64,000 bases of DNA. Source: Hormiphora californensis (taxonomy: Eukaryota; Animalia; Ctenophora). The stretch lies in assembly GCA_020137815.1 (NCBI GenBank), contig CM035353.1, forward strand, positions 1,240,001 through 1,304,000. Direction: 5' to 3'. The translations under genes and the position numbers were made by a program. Position 1 is the first letter of the stretch. Every line of letters begins with the position of its first letter. The notes beneath the pieces are model-generated. The model was given only the letters and a program-made list of their open reading frames with translations, did no database searches and had not been told where the DNA came from. Positions 1 through 11,249 of this stretch are shown in pieces.

Positions 1-242
1 AATTCTGCCTCTCGCTTCCTAAACATACATTTCTTTATCTATCCCATGTCCCCATTTGGAAAGTCCCCATTCTGATTTTAACCTGATACTAAACCCTACT
101 TTCCTGTCAGGTATTGTTACCTTGTTTTGTTCAAATAAGGCAAGTCTTAAAACATCTTGCCCGAATCCTGGATGAAAAGATGAGGATTAGAAGATGCACT
201 CTTCGTTATGACATAACTTATGTTCAGTTCAACAAGTTAGAA

Positions 243-1799
243 AATAAATGAATAATAAAGTTTCCACTGGCCGTGTCACAATGTCACAAAAGACATTACA
301 CAACCCTCTCCTGTCTCCTGACCGGGCCAAGGGAGGAGGGTGGGGGTGAGGGAGACTATGTGGGAGGTTGGGGTAAGGGGGTTATGAGGTTCGAGCGAGA
401 TTAGGGAGATTAGTAAGTTGAGAACATGAATCATGCTGCCAGACCAATCCCAAGGAACCGAAACAAACCCCGCAACACCAACCTCCACACCTAACAGCAA
501 CCTCCCCACCTAACTACTTACAGCACCTAAACCTAACAGCGCCTTGCCTTGTTCGACCCTTCCTAAAATTTGTTTTGTTCAAACCTTTTGGGGAGGGAGG
601 GTCGAACAAGGTAACTTAAAATAAGATAAAATAAAAACGGTTTGAACAAAACAACCAGCACTCACACCTAACGGGGTGAGGGGGTAACACCCTTGTTCCA
701 TGGGCAGAATTACGCCGCAGAATTACGCCTTGTGTATACGTTGGGCCTGATAATAAAAGGCGTAATTCAGCCTAAATCTTGCCGAATTCTGCCCATGGAA
801 CAAGGGTGTAAGGAGGGGATAAGAGAATGTGTGGGTTAGGATGGAGTGAGAGATTAGGTGGGGGTTATGAATTATGATGTATTTGGGAGGTTAGGTAGGT
901 CGTGATGACCAAATATGGGCATATCACGTGATGGAGAGAGGGAGAAAGTGTGTGTATGTCTGTGTCTGTGTCTATGTGTGTGCACTGCACACACATACAC
1001 ACATACACACATACACACGCACATACACTGCACAGTACTGCACACTGTGCAGTGTATGTGCGTGTGTGAGACACGGTTTCACACGTGTGTGTGTACTGTG
1101 TGTAAATTTAATGTGCTTGTATTCAATAGATCCCCCGAACCACCAAAAAGAGTTGACCATTCAACTCCGTGGGGGGGGGGGGAGGTGTTATAATTGGGTC
1201 TAATTGATCCTAACAGGGTATTTCAGTGAATCGGCTTGGACACATGCTAGAAACCTAAATTGGTTCTCAAAATGCTCGTATTATGGCCTGAGGGGTGTCT
1301 AGTTGGGTCTGGGGCATCTAGCTAGATCTACTAATATATCTAGTAGGGTCTGAGGGGTACCTAGTAGGCTCTGAGAGGTATCTAAGGTGGTCTAAGGGGT
1401 ATTTAGCAGGGTCTGAGGCATTTGTTGAGGTCTGAGTGGTATCTTGCAGTGTCTGAAGGATCTCAGTTGAAACACCTTGTGGGGAGGGAGGGTCGAAACA
1501 AGGCAAGACACCCTGTTAGTGTTAGGATCAATTAGGCCAAATGATACACCCCCCACGGAGTTGAGTGGTAAACTCTTTTTTGGTGGTTCGGGAAACATAT
1601 TGGGACATTTTAGTGAAGGAATTAGCTTTCCCATATAAATTTCAATACTTCATGCACGATTTCCTAATCTTCCCCACTCCCTCCTAACCTTCAACAAAAT
1701 CCCCATCGCCCCCAACCTCCCGGTCAGGAGAGGGTTGTGAGAAAATGCTGCTGATTTTTACCATCTCACGACCAGTGGAAACTTTATTATTCATTTATT
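243..1799. mobile_element. Degenerate TIR element with nested internal inverted repeats
   Basis: aataaatgaataataaagtttccactggccgtg (243-275) is inverted at about 1767-1799. Further inverted pairs lie at about 1131-1219/1510-1594, and a hairpin element at about 687-809 (acacccttgttccatgggcagaatt...aattctgcccatggaacaagggtgt). No ORF and no clear TSD. Confidence 0.55.
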
Positions 1800-1864
1800 G
1801 GGGGGGGGGGGGGGGGGGGGGGGGGGACACGTAACATGTAACGTGCACAAAAAGATTTCTGCAC

Positions 1865-2098
1865 ATGTAAAAAAGTGTAATAAAGTGTTACAAAATGTTA
1901 TAAAGTGTTACAAATTGTTACAAAATGTTATAAAGTGTTACAAATTGTTACAAAGTGATGCAAATTGTTACAAAATGTCACAAATTGTCACAAAATGTAC
2001 ATTGAACACTTTGTAACACAGTTAACACAGTGTCCACTATGTAACACTTGTACACTATGTAACACTTTGTCACACTATGTAACACTTTGTAACACTTT
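1865..2098. repeat. AT-rich ~10-bp minisatellite (aaa-n-tgttac / gtaacact), second half inverted relative to first
   Basis: Direct reading of repeated aaaatgttat/aaagtgttac/aaattgttac units followed by tgtaacact units. Confidence 0.7.
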
Positions 2099-2263
2099 CT
2101 AATCATCTGGAGTTTCAAAGACGGTGAGTGTATAAGAATAGGTGTACAATTAGCTTTCAGCCTGTATCGGACGAAAGACAAAAACGGAAAAACCATATCT
2201 GTTTTGTCACCTTTAAAAACTGGGGTTATCTGAGCTGTATCAACCAGCACCAACTACATCAAC

Positions 2264-2685
2264 CTGGTCTCCAAGATTGGCTGTTGCCTTCTGGCTCTCG
2301 TGCCGGGAAAGCGTCCCCCTCCCGATTCCCCCAGGACCTTCAGAGGAGCTCTGCCGGACCCGTCAGGGGATTGGAGGTGTGTCCAGATCATTGAACCTGC
2401 CGAGCCTCCCCAAACCACCTGGAGGGAAAACTACTTCTGCCAGCCCCCACACTCAAGACATTGGAATGCAGTGGAGTTACGCCGGACCCATCAAGGGAAA
2501 GAAGTGTGGTCCAGATCAAGGAAGGAGCTGACCCTCACACATGGCATGATAACTACCTGTGCACCAACCACAGGGCACCCAACATGAGGTGGGAATTTGC
2601 CGGACCCAAGGGAGCCTGTGTTCGATGGCACGAGGGTGCTGATAGGCAGGGAACCTGGCACGACAACTACCTGTGCAGGGCATAA
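2264..2685 (+). pseudogene. Intronless small secreted protein with three W-x-(D/E)-N-Y-(L/F)-C and (W)-x-x-AGP repeats; frameshifted (pseudogene or consensus errors)
   Basis: Joining frames gives (L/M)VSKIGCCLLALV...RFPQDLQRSSAGPVRG/WRCVQIIEPAEPPQTTWRENYFCQPP/TQDIGMQWSYAGPIKGKKC/VQIKEGADPHTWHDNYLCTNHRAPNMRWEFAGPKGACVRWHEGADRQGTWHDNYLCRA*. There are +1 shifts at about 2371, 2450 and 2508, and a further shift after the signal-like peptide. CTG sits at 2264 where ATG is expected. Confidence 0.75.
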
Positions 2686-3029
2686 ACTGGAGCACAATGA
2701 AAATATCAATAACATTACTTTGGTATCATTTACCCTCATACCGAAACTACATGTGTTTAATATGAGTAAATATTAGAGGTGTCATACTGTCATGACTCAT
2801 ACTGTCATATTGTCATGACAGAATCTCTAGTTAAATTTTCACCATGTTTGATGTTGCCGCAGACCCGTATAGACACGACGCCGTTCCAACACCGACTAGA
2901 CGACGCGTTTAGACGGATTTTGACCCGAACGGGTGTTTAGACGGAGCTAGAGACGGGCTTGTAGTGCTCTGAAGCCCGTGACGGTCTCTGCACTGGCATG
3001 GCGCACCATCCCAGGGGAGACACCATGGT

Positions 3030-4568
3030 GGAGATAGTGGAGATGTAGATGTAGATGTAGATGTAGATGGAGATATAGATGTAGATGTAGATGTAGATGT
3101 AGATGTAGATGTAGATGTAGATGTAGATGTAGATGTACCGTGTGCGGCAAAAAAAGCCCCCCCCCTAGACCACCATAGTTGCCGATGTGGTGGAGAGCTG
3201 TAACTTGGCAGGGTTGCTCCACTATGTCTATCTTGATCCTGACAGAAAAATCAGAGCTCTAGCTCAAAATTCATTTTTTGATAGGAATGAACATGTCATT
3301 CATTCCAAGAAAAAAATATTTTCGGTCCAGAATTCAAGCAATTATCTTTGGCCATCGATTAGCTTTCCAATGTGACCAAGATCATCTAAATTGGGCAACC
3401 ACAGAGACACAGTGTCATCTTTCTTAAATTTAATCAGGTCATGTGATCTTCACCGAATCGTTGAGTGTTCAGTATTACGAATCGGTCTAAGTGTGTAGAG
3501 ATCACGTATCACGGCTACTAATGAGGGATGACGCTGATGTGGTCATGAGATCTGTAGCTCTTTGAAAATGTCCTCTTCCTCGAATCACATTACCCTGTAT
3601 TGGTACACATACCTCATTAGCGGCCGTGATACGAGATTCCTCTGCCCATTGGCTCGATTAGCAATCCCGGATAATCAACGATTCGGTGAAGATCACATGA
3701 CCTGACTAACTTTAAGAAACATGACAGTGTCTCTTGGGGTTGCCCAATTTAGATGATCTTGGTCACATTGGAAAGCTAATCGATGGCCAAAGATAATTCT
3801 TGAATTCTGGACCGAAAATATTTTTCTTGGAATGAATGACAATGTTCATTCCTATCAAAAAAAGAATTTTGAGCTAGAGCTCTGATTTTCTGTCAGGATC
3901 AAGATAGACATAGTGGAGCAACACTGCAACCCTGCCAAGTTACAGCTCTCCACCACATCGGCAACTATGGTGGTCTAGGGGGGGGATTTTTTTTTGCCGC
4001 ACACGGTAGATGTAGATGTAGATGTAGATGTAGATGTAGATGTAGATGTAGATGTAGATGTAGATGTAGATGTAGATGTAGATGTAGATGTAGATGTAGA
4101 TGTAGATGTAGATGGAGATATAGATGTAGATGTAGATGTAGATGTAGATGTAGATGTAGATGTAGATGTAGATGTAGATGTAGATGGAGATATAGATGTA
4201 GATGTAGATGTAGATGTAGATGTAGATGTAGATGTAGATGTAGATGGAGATGTAGATGTAGATGGAGATGTAGATGTAGATGTAGATGTAGATGTAGATG
4301 TAGATGTAGATGTAGATGTAGATGTAGATGTAGATGTAGATGTAGATGTAGATGTAGATGTAGATGTAGATGTAGATGTAGATGTAGATGTAGATGGAGA
4401 TGGAGATGTAGATGTAGATGTAGATGTAGATGTAGATGTAGATGTAGATGTAGATGTAGATGTAGATGTAGATGTAGATGTAGATGTAGATGTAGATGTA
4501 GATGTAGATGTAGATGTAGATGTAGATGTAGATGGAAGTGGAGATGGTATGGAGATGTAGATGGAGAT
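3030..4568. repeat. (GATGTA)n microsatellite, split by the MITE at 3138-4006
   Basis: Hexamer array at about 3040-3137 and 4007-4568, with GATGGA and GATATA variants. Confidence 0.95.
3138..4006. mobile_element. Tc1/mariner-type palindromic MITE (869 bp), TA TSD
   Basis: TA|ccgtgtgcggcaaaaaaa...ttttttgccgcacacgg|TA. Arms are inverted over more than 300 bp. Inserted at a TA of the microsatellite. Confidence 0.9.
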
Positions 4569-4854
4569 CCGGCCCTCCCAATTCTTTCTTTAAACCCTCT
4601 ATATTTTAGAACCAAGTTTGTTATCACCCCTTCCCAGACAACTGTACCCATAACAACGTGCCCTGCCGGAGAGCTCATGTCATCCTTGGTGACATTTACA
4701 CCTCACATACACATTATTCGCGGAGCGAGAATATGTTGCAATGGATCCAACTGTCATCCATACTCCCTTCCGGAATCCGGAATCAATAATCTAAATACAT
4801 TCGGCGTTAAATTCTGCTTCGATTATTGTGGCTATAAACCTTTCTATGATGTAA

Positions 4855-5295
4855 GGGGGGAGACACACTGAAGTTGGTCGCGCACGTTCAACTCTCAACC
4901 TCGCGACACACACTGAAGTTCGAAGTTCGAAGTTTCGCGGAAAAGTTCAAAGTTTCGCGAAACCCCATTTTCGGCTGAGAAAACATTTGTAAGATACTAG
5001 TTTATTTACTGGTACATCTCTCGAGGTGTCCTTTTTCAATACCGGGTCAATTCCACCGTTTTTAAAATTTTTGGTGAATTGGGACCACTGTGACCGGATT
5101 AGCCAAAAATTTCAAAAACGGTGAAATTGACTCAGTATGGATAAAGGACACATCGAGAGATGTACCAGGAAATAAGTTAGCCTCTTACAAATGATTTCTC
5201 AGCCGAAAATGGGTTTTCGCAAAACTTCGAACTTCAGTGTGTGTCGCGAGGTTGAGATTTGAACGAGCGCGCCCAACTTCAGTGTGTCTCCCCCC
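4855..5295. mobile_element. PIF/Harbinger-type palindromic MITE, TAA TSD
   Basis: TAA|ggggggagacacactgaagttgg...ccaacttcagtgtgtctcccccc|TAA. A second copy lies at 19261-19692. Confidence 0.88.
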
Positions 5296-5803
5296 TAAGT
5301 GTTATACACCTCTTTTCGTCATTACAAATATGTACACTCATGTGTACCCCCGATAAATTGGGTTCCTACCCACTCTTCTTTAAATTGAATATATATTTAT
5401 TCACCCACTTCAAATCGGATTTGGTACGGCATAGTTACTCGGAACAGCTTGGACCGAGTGAGATCATTGTGGAGATAGTCATAACATTCTGGCACTTGCG
5501 GAGATAATCATAACAATCTGAGATAGTCACAACAACCTCTACGTTTAACACGAGGAATCTACGTCAATCCGGATTCTAGGAAGAGTATTTATACTACGAC
5601 GAGGAAGGGAGAAGGAGCGTTATCAAGATCGATATTGAGAGCGATATCACGAGCGATCACTGAGCTAAACACCGAAGACTATACATATTCTTGTCGAATA
5701 ATTCATTTCGACAGATCTGTTTATTTCCGTGTTCCTTGCCCCAGAACCAATCTATCATCGCTCACCCATTCACTAACCAGCGCTACATACACCCTTAACA
5801 TAA

Positions 5804-6064
5804 GGGTCACCACACACCAAAGTTAAAATTAAAATTAAAATTTTGATTTTAAACCCGCACACACCAGCGGCCGTTAAAATTTCTCTCCCCATTCTAAAAG
5901 TAACAATCTCACGCACGATTTTGACGGTCGCGTTGGATGACAAAATTTTAACACGCCGTTAAAATCGCGCGCGAGATTGTTACTTTTAGAATGGGGGCCG
6001 CTGGTGTGTGCGGGTTTAAAATCAAAATTTTAATTTTAATTTTAACTTTGGTGTGTGGTGACCC
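5804..6064. mobile_element. PIF/Harbinger-type MITE, TAA TSD
   Basis: TAA|gggtcaccacacaccaaagttaaaatt...aattttaactttggtgtgtggtgaccc|TAA. Related partial copies at about 8755-8972 and 16138-16335. Confidence 0.85.
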
Positions 6065-6151
6065 TAAGGTTAAGGAGTCATCCCAAAAAATCCCCCCGGT
6101 TTATTAACCAAATTGCCCCGGTTCACTAACCAAATTGCCCCGGTGTGTTAA

Positions 6152-7270
6152 AGTGAGAGTGGACCGAATCAGAATTGGACAAGTTTGTTGTAGGTAGTAG
6201 AGATCAGCTTTCTGAGCATTTTGCATTTTTGCCGCTCAAAATCGACCAACCCATCACTGAGATATTTTTGTTATGTTGGGAGAATTCTTGCTGCATCAAT
6301 CATACTATTATTAAAGCAAATAGGGAAATCCAGTGTAACGTTTTTTACCTTATATGGCATTTAGCACGTGCAGGTTTAGAGCCTAGAGGTGAACTGTGGA
6401 GTACTATTGGAGTGGGGCCAGGAGTCGGAGCCGTTGCCAATGGCATGGTTGCTACTGTTATACTGCACGTGCACGTGCATTTGATCTTGCTTTAGTCTGT
6501 TTCACTGTTCCAGCTAATTATATGCTCTCTTCAACAACTCTTGATATACGACAGCGACAATTGGAGTTATTCACGCAAGATCTCACCGCTATTCTCTACT
6601 TTTCCATACACTGAGGGGTTCAAATGCAGCATCACCAAAAGAAGTGCAGAGAGAACGAACAAGACGTTAGAGGTTAAACAGAACCGATGATCAATCTCAG
6701 AGATTAAGGCAGATGAATACTGCAAGCAGACGAAATAGTAAGTTCTTTTATAACTTTGATCGCCGGATCATCATTTGACGTTCTGAAACCAGAAACTCGC
6801 AGCGATCCCGCCTGAGCTCCTTCTAAGGTACCGTTACTTAAGATGGGATAGTGCATGTCATTAGTTAGACTGATGATGTCAGTGTTCCCTATTCCAGCTA
6901 CCAATACCATTTCCCCGAAATTCGCCCGTAGGGCGAACGGGTTTACTAGTATTTACGAAACAGGATAGAAACAATCCTTGTGTTTTACTAACACATTCTT
7001 TGAATTATTAATATGCTAACTTGCATTGTTCAGCTTCTGTGCGTGGACATGTCAACCTCACTGCTTATATTCAGAATGTGTTAGTAGAACACCACGATTG
7101 TTTCTATTCTGTTTTATACATACTGATTAAACAGGAGTTCTCCCAACATAACAAAAATATCTCAGTGATGGGTGGGTCGATTTTGAGCGGCAAAAACGCA
7201 AAATGCTCAGAGAGCTAATCTCTACTACCTACAAAAAACTTGTCCAATTCTGATTCGGTCCACTCTCACT
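6152..7270. mobile_element. Kolobok-type non-autonomous element, TTAA TSD
   Basis: TTAA|agtgagagtggaccgaatcagaattggacaag...cttgtccaattctgattcggtccactctcact|TTAA, with RR...YY termini. Interrupts a caaattgccccgg minisatellite. Confidence 0.8.
6874..6950 (+). mobile_element. Helitron 3' end (hairpin + CTAG|T)
   Basis: ttcgcccgtagggcgaa hairpin at 6921-6937, then CTAG (6946-6949) and T. Near-identical to 28432-28501. Confidence 0.7.
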
Positions 7271-7499
7271 TTAATCAAATTGCCCCGGTTCAAATTTCCC
7301 TGATGGTTCGAATGGTGTGTGGACTCTAGTGCTAAAATCACGAAAAGCGAACTCGAAATTTCGGCCGTCAGGCCGGAAACGAGAGTTTGCACACATCCAC
7401 CACTAATTCCAACTGGCATGGGTAATCCAGAATGTTCTTCGAAAACGGTCGAGTCTAGAAATCGTTCTTTGAGACGTTGTCTAGACGTTGTTTCTAGAT

Positions 7500-8512
7500 T
7501 AGGCCAGGCCCTTTTTGCGAAAATGGTGAACTGGGACATAACAAAGGTTTGCCACTTGCATTGTATTCCTATGGGGTCCCATAAACACCAAAAAAATTTT
7601 CCACTCCAACTGAGGTGAAGAAAGTGCCCAAAATGGCCACGCCCTTAATTGCCTGTATTTTCAGCCTTGGCCAAAAATAGCAACTGTGCTTTGGATTGGA
7701 GTAGAGACAAAAATGAGGGCACTAAAATGTGTAGAATGAGCAGCAAAATCGATTGGGACCAAGCAGAAGTCTCTAATCTTGTCAGCTTCGAGAGATGATT
7801 GGATAATTAAGTATGCGCATAACCGTTTTTAAGCCATATGGCTATAGCCACTCAGGAGCGGTTTCGACAATTTTCCTTCACAGGAGCTTGTTCAGCATAT
7901 AAAAATTAGTGGGGGTAACAAATATGAAGTTTCTATCGCATAAGGTCAATGCGTTATTCAACTTCAAAGTTCGAAATATGAGGGGGAAAGTCGAAATTTG
8001 GTCATTTTCCCTCATTTTCCACTCTTTTTTTGATCTTTTAAGTTAAATAACGCATTGACCTTATTCGATAGAAACTTCATATTTGTTACTCCCACTAATT
8101 TTTATATGCCGAACAAGCTCCTGTGAAGCAAAATTGTTAAAACCGCTCCCGAGTGGCTATAGCCATATGGCTCAAAAACGGTTATGCGCATAATTAATTA
8201 TCCAATTATCTCTCGAAGCTGACAAGATAGAGACTTCTGCTTGGTCCCAATCGATTCTGCTGCTCATTCTACACATTTTAGTGCCCTCATTTATGTCTCT
8301 ACTCCAATCCAAAGCAAAGTTGCTATTTTTGGCCAAGGCTGAAAATACAGGCAAAAAGGGCATGGCAATTTTGGGCACTTTCTTCACCTCGGTTGGAGTG
8401 GAAAATTTTTTTGGTGTTTCTGAGACCCCATAGGAGTACAATGCAAGTGGAAAACCTTTGTTATGTCTCAGTTCACCAAATGACCTCAAAATGACAAAAA
8501 GGGCCTGGCCTA
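7500..8512. mobile_element. Palindromic non-autonomous element with TAG termini and 3-bp TSD (Academ-like)
   Basis: GAT|taggccaggccctttt...aaaagggcctggccta|GAT, with arms of about 480 bp. The empty site tagacggtattcgtatcg is seen in the paralogous segment at about 14185. Confidence 0.8.
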
Positions 8513-8825
8513 GATGGTATTCGTATCGAAAAATTGTTAAGACGGTATTTGAAACTGAATCGCGAGATTTTGCTTAGACGTTGTTTAAATTTAGACGGTA
8601 TGTTTACCGGTTTCAGTTGAGACTGCGTTTAAACGTACTTTTAGAACTCCGTCTGAGTTACAGACGGGGTTGTAAAAGTCCGTCTCAACGTCTGGTACAA
8701 TTTTCACACGTGCCGTCTCAACTTTGAACGGACACCGTCTAGAGACCGTCGATAAATCGTGCGCGAGATTGTTACTTTTAGAATGGGGGAGAGAAATTTT
8801 AACAGCGCTGGTGTATGTGGCGTCA

Positions 8826-8954
8826 AAATTAAAATTAAAATTTTAATTTTAATTTTAATTTTAATTTTAATTTTAATTTTAATTTTAATTTTAATTTTAA
8901 TTTTAATTTTAATTTTAATTTTAATTTTAATTTTAATTTTAATTTTAATTTTAA
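8826..8954. repeat. (TTTTAA)n expansion inside a Harbinger-type MITE arm
   Basis: Hexamer array. The paralogous position (about 16295-16316) has only about 3 units. Confidence 0.85.
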
Positions 8955-8972
8955 CTTTGGTGTGTGCTGACC

Positions 8973-11157
8973 GGTGGGCGGACTCTAGTGCTAACGGACT
9001 TTTTATCTAAATTCAAGGCGGACAATATCTAAAAGCGGACTCTTTATCTACAGTTATACTTTGAAAAAAGTTTAGATATAAAGAGTCCGCCCAGTGTAGA
9101 CTTTTTAGATATAGAGTCCGCCCTGTGTAGACTTTTTAGTCCCCTGGTACATTTTGGCGCCAAATCCCCCAACCCGGACTCTATATGTATAAAATCCTAA
9201 ACCAACCCAAAACCTAACCCATACCATAACCCTAACCTCGAACCCAAATAATGGCCCTAACACTTCTCAATTAGTATAGAGGTACAGCAAACTCTCGTTT
9301 CCGGCCTAACGGCCGAAATCTCGAGTTCGCTGAGAATGGCGGACTCTATGTCTAATTTAATTTATGTAGATATAGAGTCCGCTCTTTGTAGACTTTTTAG
9401 ATAAAGAGTCCGCCCTGTTTAGACTTTTTAGAGATAGAGTCCTCCTAGAGTTTAGACTTATTTGGACTCTTTATCTAAATCTAAATTTAGATATAGAGTC
9501 GACCACTGCAGTAGACTTAGAGTGTAGCGGCAATTTTGCATTTGCGGGCATCGCACTATAGACGCAGTACCCACGTACTATAGACGCATTATAAACGCAT
9601 TATAAACGCATTATAGACGCATTATAGACACACGCAATATAGACGCAATTTCGTAAGCAGCACTATAGACGCAATATAGACGCATTATAACAGCAATATA
9701 AACGCATTTTTATAGACGCGACGCAGTATAGCCGCATTATAGGCGCACTACCCACCCCAAAATCACCTTATAGACGCACTATAGACGCATTATAGACTGA
9801 CTATAGCAGCACCATAAACGCTACATAGACCCATATAGACGCATGATAGAAGCATTATAGACGCAAATCGCTTTTTATAGACGCCGCGTCTATAAAAAAC
9901 GTGCTTTTTTAAGAAGCACTATAGACGTACTCAGACGCACGCTGCCAAATTTGAGGCGCAGTTGGGCGAACTATAAACGCATTTTTGTTGCATATAAAAA
10001 GAAGCAGTATAGACGCATTATAGACGCATTATAGCCGCATGTGTGCGAAATCGATATAAAGACGCAATATAGACGCAAAAGGGAGGGAGGGAGAGGGAAG
10101 GAGAGGGAAAGAGGGAGAGAGGGAGGGATACAGAGACAGATCAGACAGAGACAGATGGAGAGAGGGAGGGAGGGAGAGGGAAGGAGAGGGAAAGATGGAG
10201 AGAGGGAGGGATGCAGAGACAGATCAGACAGAAACACTAGACAGATGGACAAAGATCTAAGACAGACGGACAGAGTAAGAGGGAGAGAGATTAAGATAGA
10301 AAGAGAGGGAGATAGTAAGCGCGTGTTTGTCCGTCCGTCCGTCTGTCCCTGTCCGTCTGTTTCCTTCTCTGTCTTTTTCTGTCTCACTCCGTCCCTATCT
10401 CACTCTCTCTCCATCTTACTCTCTCTCCATCTTACTCTGTCCGTCTGTCTCAGGTCTTTATCCGTCTGTCTCTGTCTCTCACTCTGTCCCTGTGGCCTGT
10501 ATCCCTCCCTCCCCCTTTCCCTCTCCTCCGCTCACCTCCCTCCCTCCCTCCCTCCCTCCCTCTCTCTCCCTCTCCTTCTTATTTTGCGTCTATATTGCGT
10601 CTTTATCCATTTCGCACACATGCGGCTATACTGCGTCTATAATGCGTCTATACTGCTTCCTTTTATATGCGACAAAAATGCGTTTATAAAACGCCCAACT
10701 GCGCCTCGAATATCGCACTGTAGCCTGGAGTACGTCTATAGTGCTTCTTAAAAAAGCACGTTTTTTATAGACGCGGCGTCTATAAAAAGCGATTTGCGTC
10801 TATAATGCTTCTATCATGCGTCTATATGGGTCTATGTAGCGTTTATGGTGCTGCTATAGTCAGTCTATAATGCGTCTATAGTGCGTCTATAAGGTGATTT
10901 TGGGGTGGGTAGTGCGCCTATAATGCGGCTATACTGCGTCACGTCTATAAAAATGCGTTTATATTGCTGTTATAATGCGTCTATATTGCGTCTATAGTGC
11001 TGCTTACGAAATTGCGTCTATATTGCGTGTGTCTATAATGCGTCTATAATGCGTTTATAATGCGTTTATAATGCGTCTATAGTACGTGGGTACTGCGTCT
11101 ATAGTGCGATGCCCGCAAATGCAAAATTGCCGAGTGTAGCACTAAAGTCCGCCTACC
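8973..11157. mobile_element. GG-terminated TIR element with 9-bp TSD (MULE- or Merlin-type), host of a nested foldback element
   Basis: GTGCTGACC|ggtgggcggactctagtgcta...tagcactaaagtccgcctacc|GTGCTGACC. Empty site at about 16326. An uninterrupted family copy lies at 18114-18684. Confidence 0.85.
9529..11131. mobile_element. Foldback-like (MULE-type) element with ~550-bp TIRs built from tatagacgc repeats, 9-bp TSD
   Basis: GAGTGTAGC|ggcaattttgcatttgcggg...cccgcaaatgcaaaattgcc|GAGTGTAGC. The core is an imperfect purine-rich/pyrimidine-rich inversion. Related fragment at about 25207-25434. Confidence 0.9.
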
Positions 11158-11249
11158 GTGCTGACCCTAAAGAAGAACAACGAAAAGAAAACTGTTTCAA
11201 GGTGAAAATAAACAAGTAATAATATTACTTAGTAATAATAATCGCTGAT

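Noticed and set aside
3940-4678. Long ORFs of poly-IY, poly-HL and poly-DV
   Set aside because: Translations of the (GATGTA)n microsatellite.
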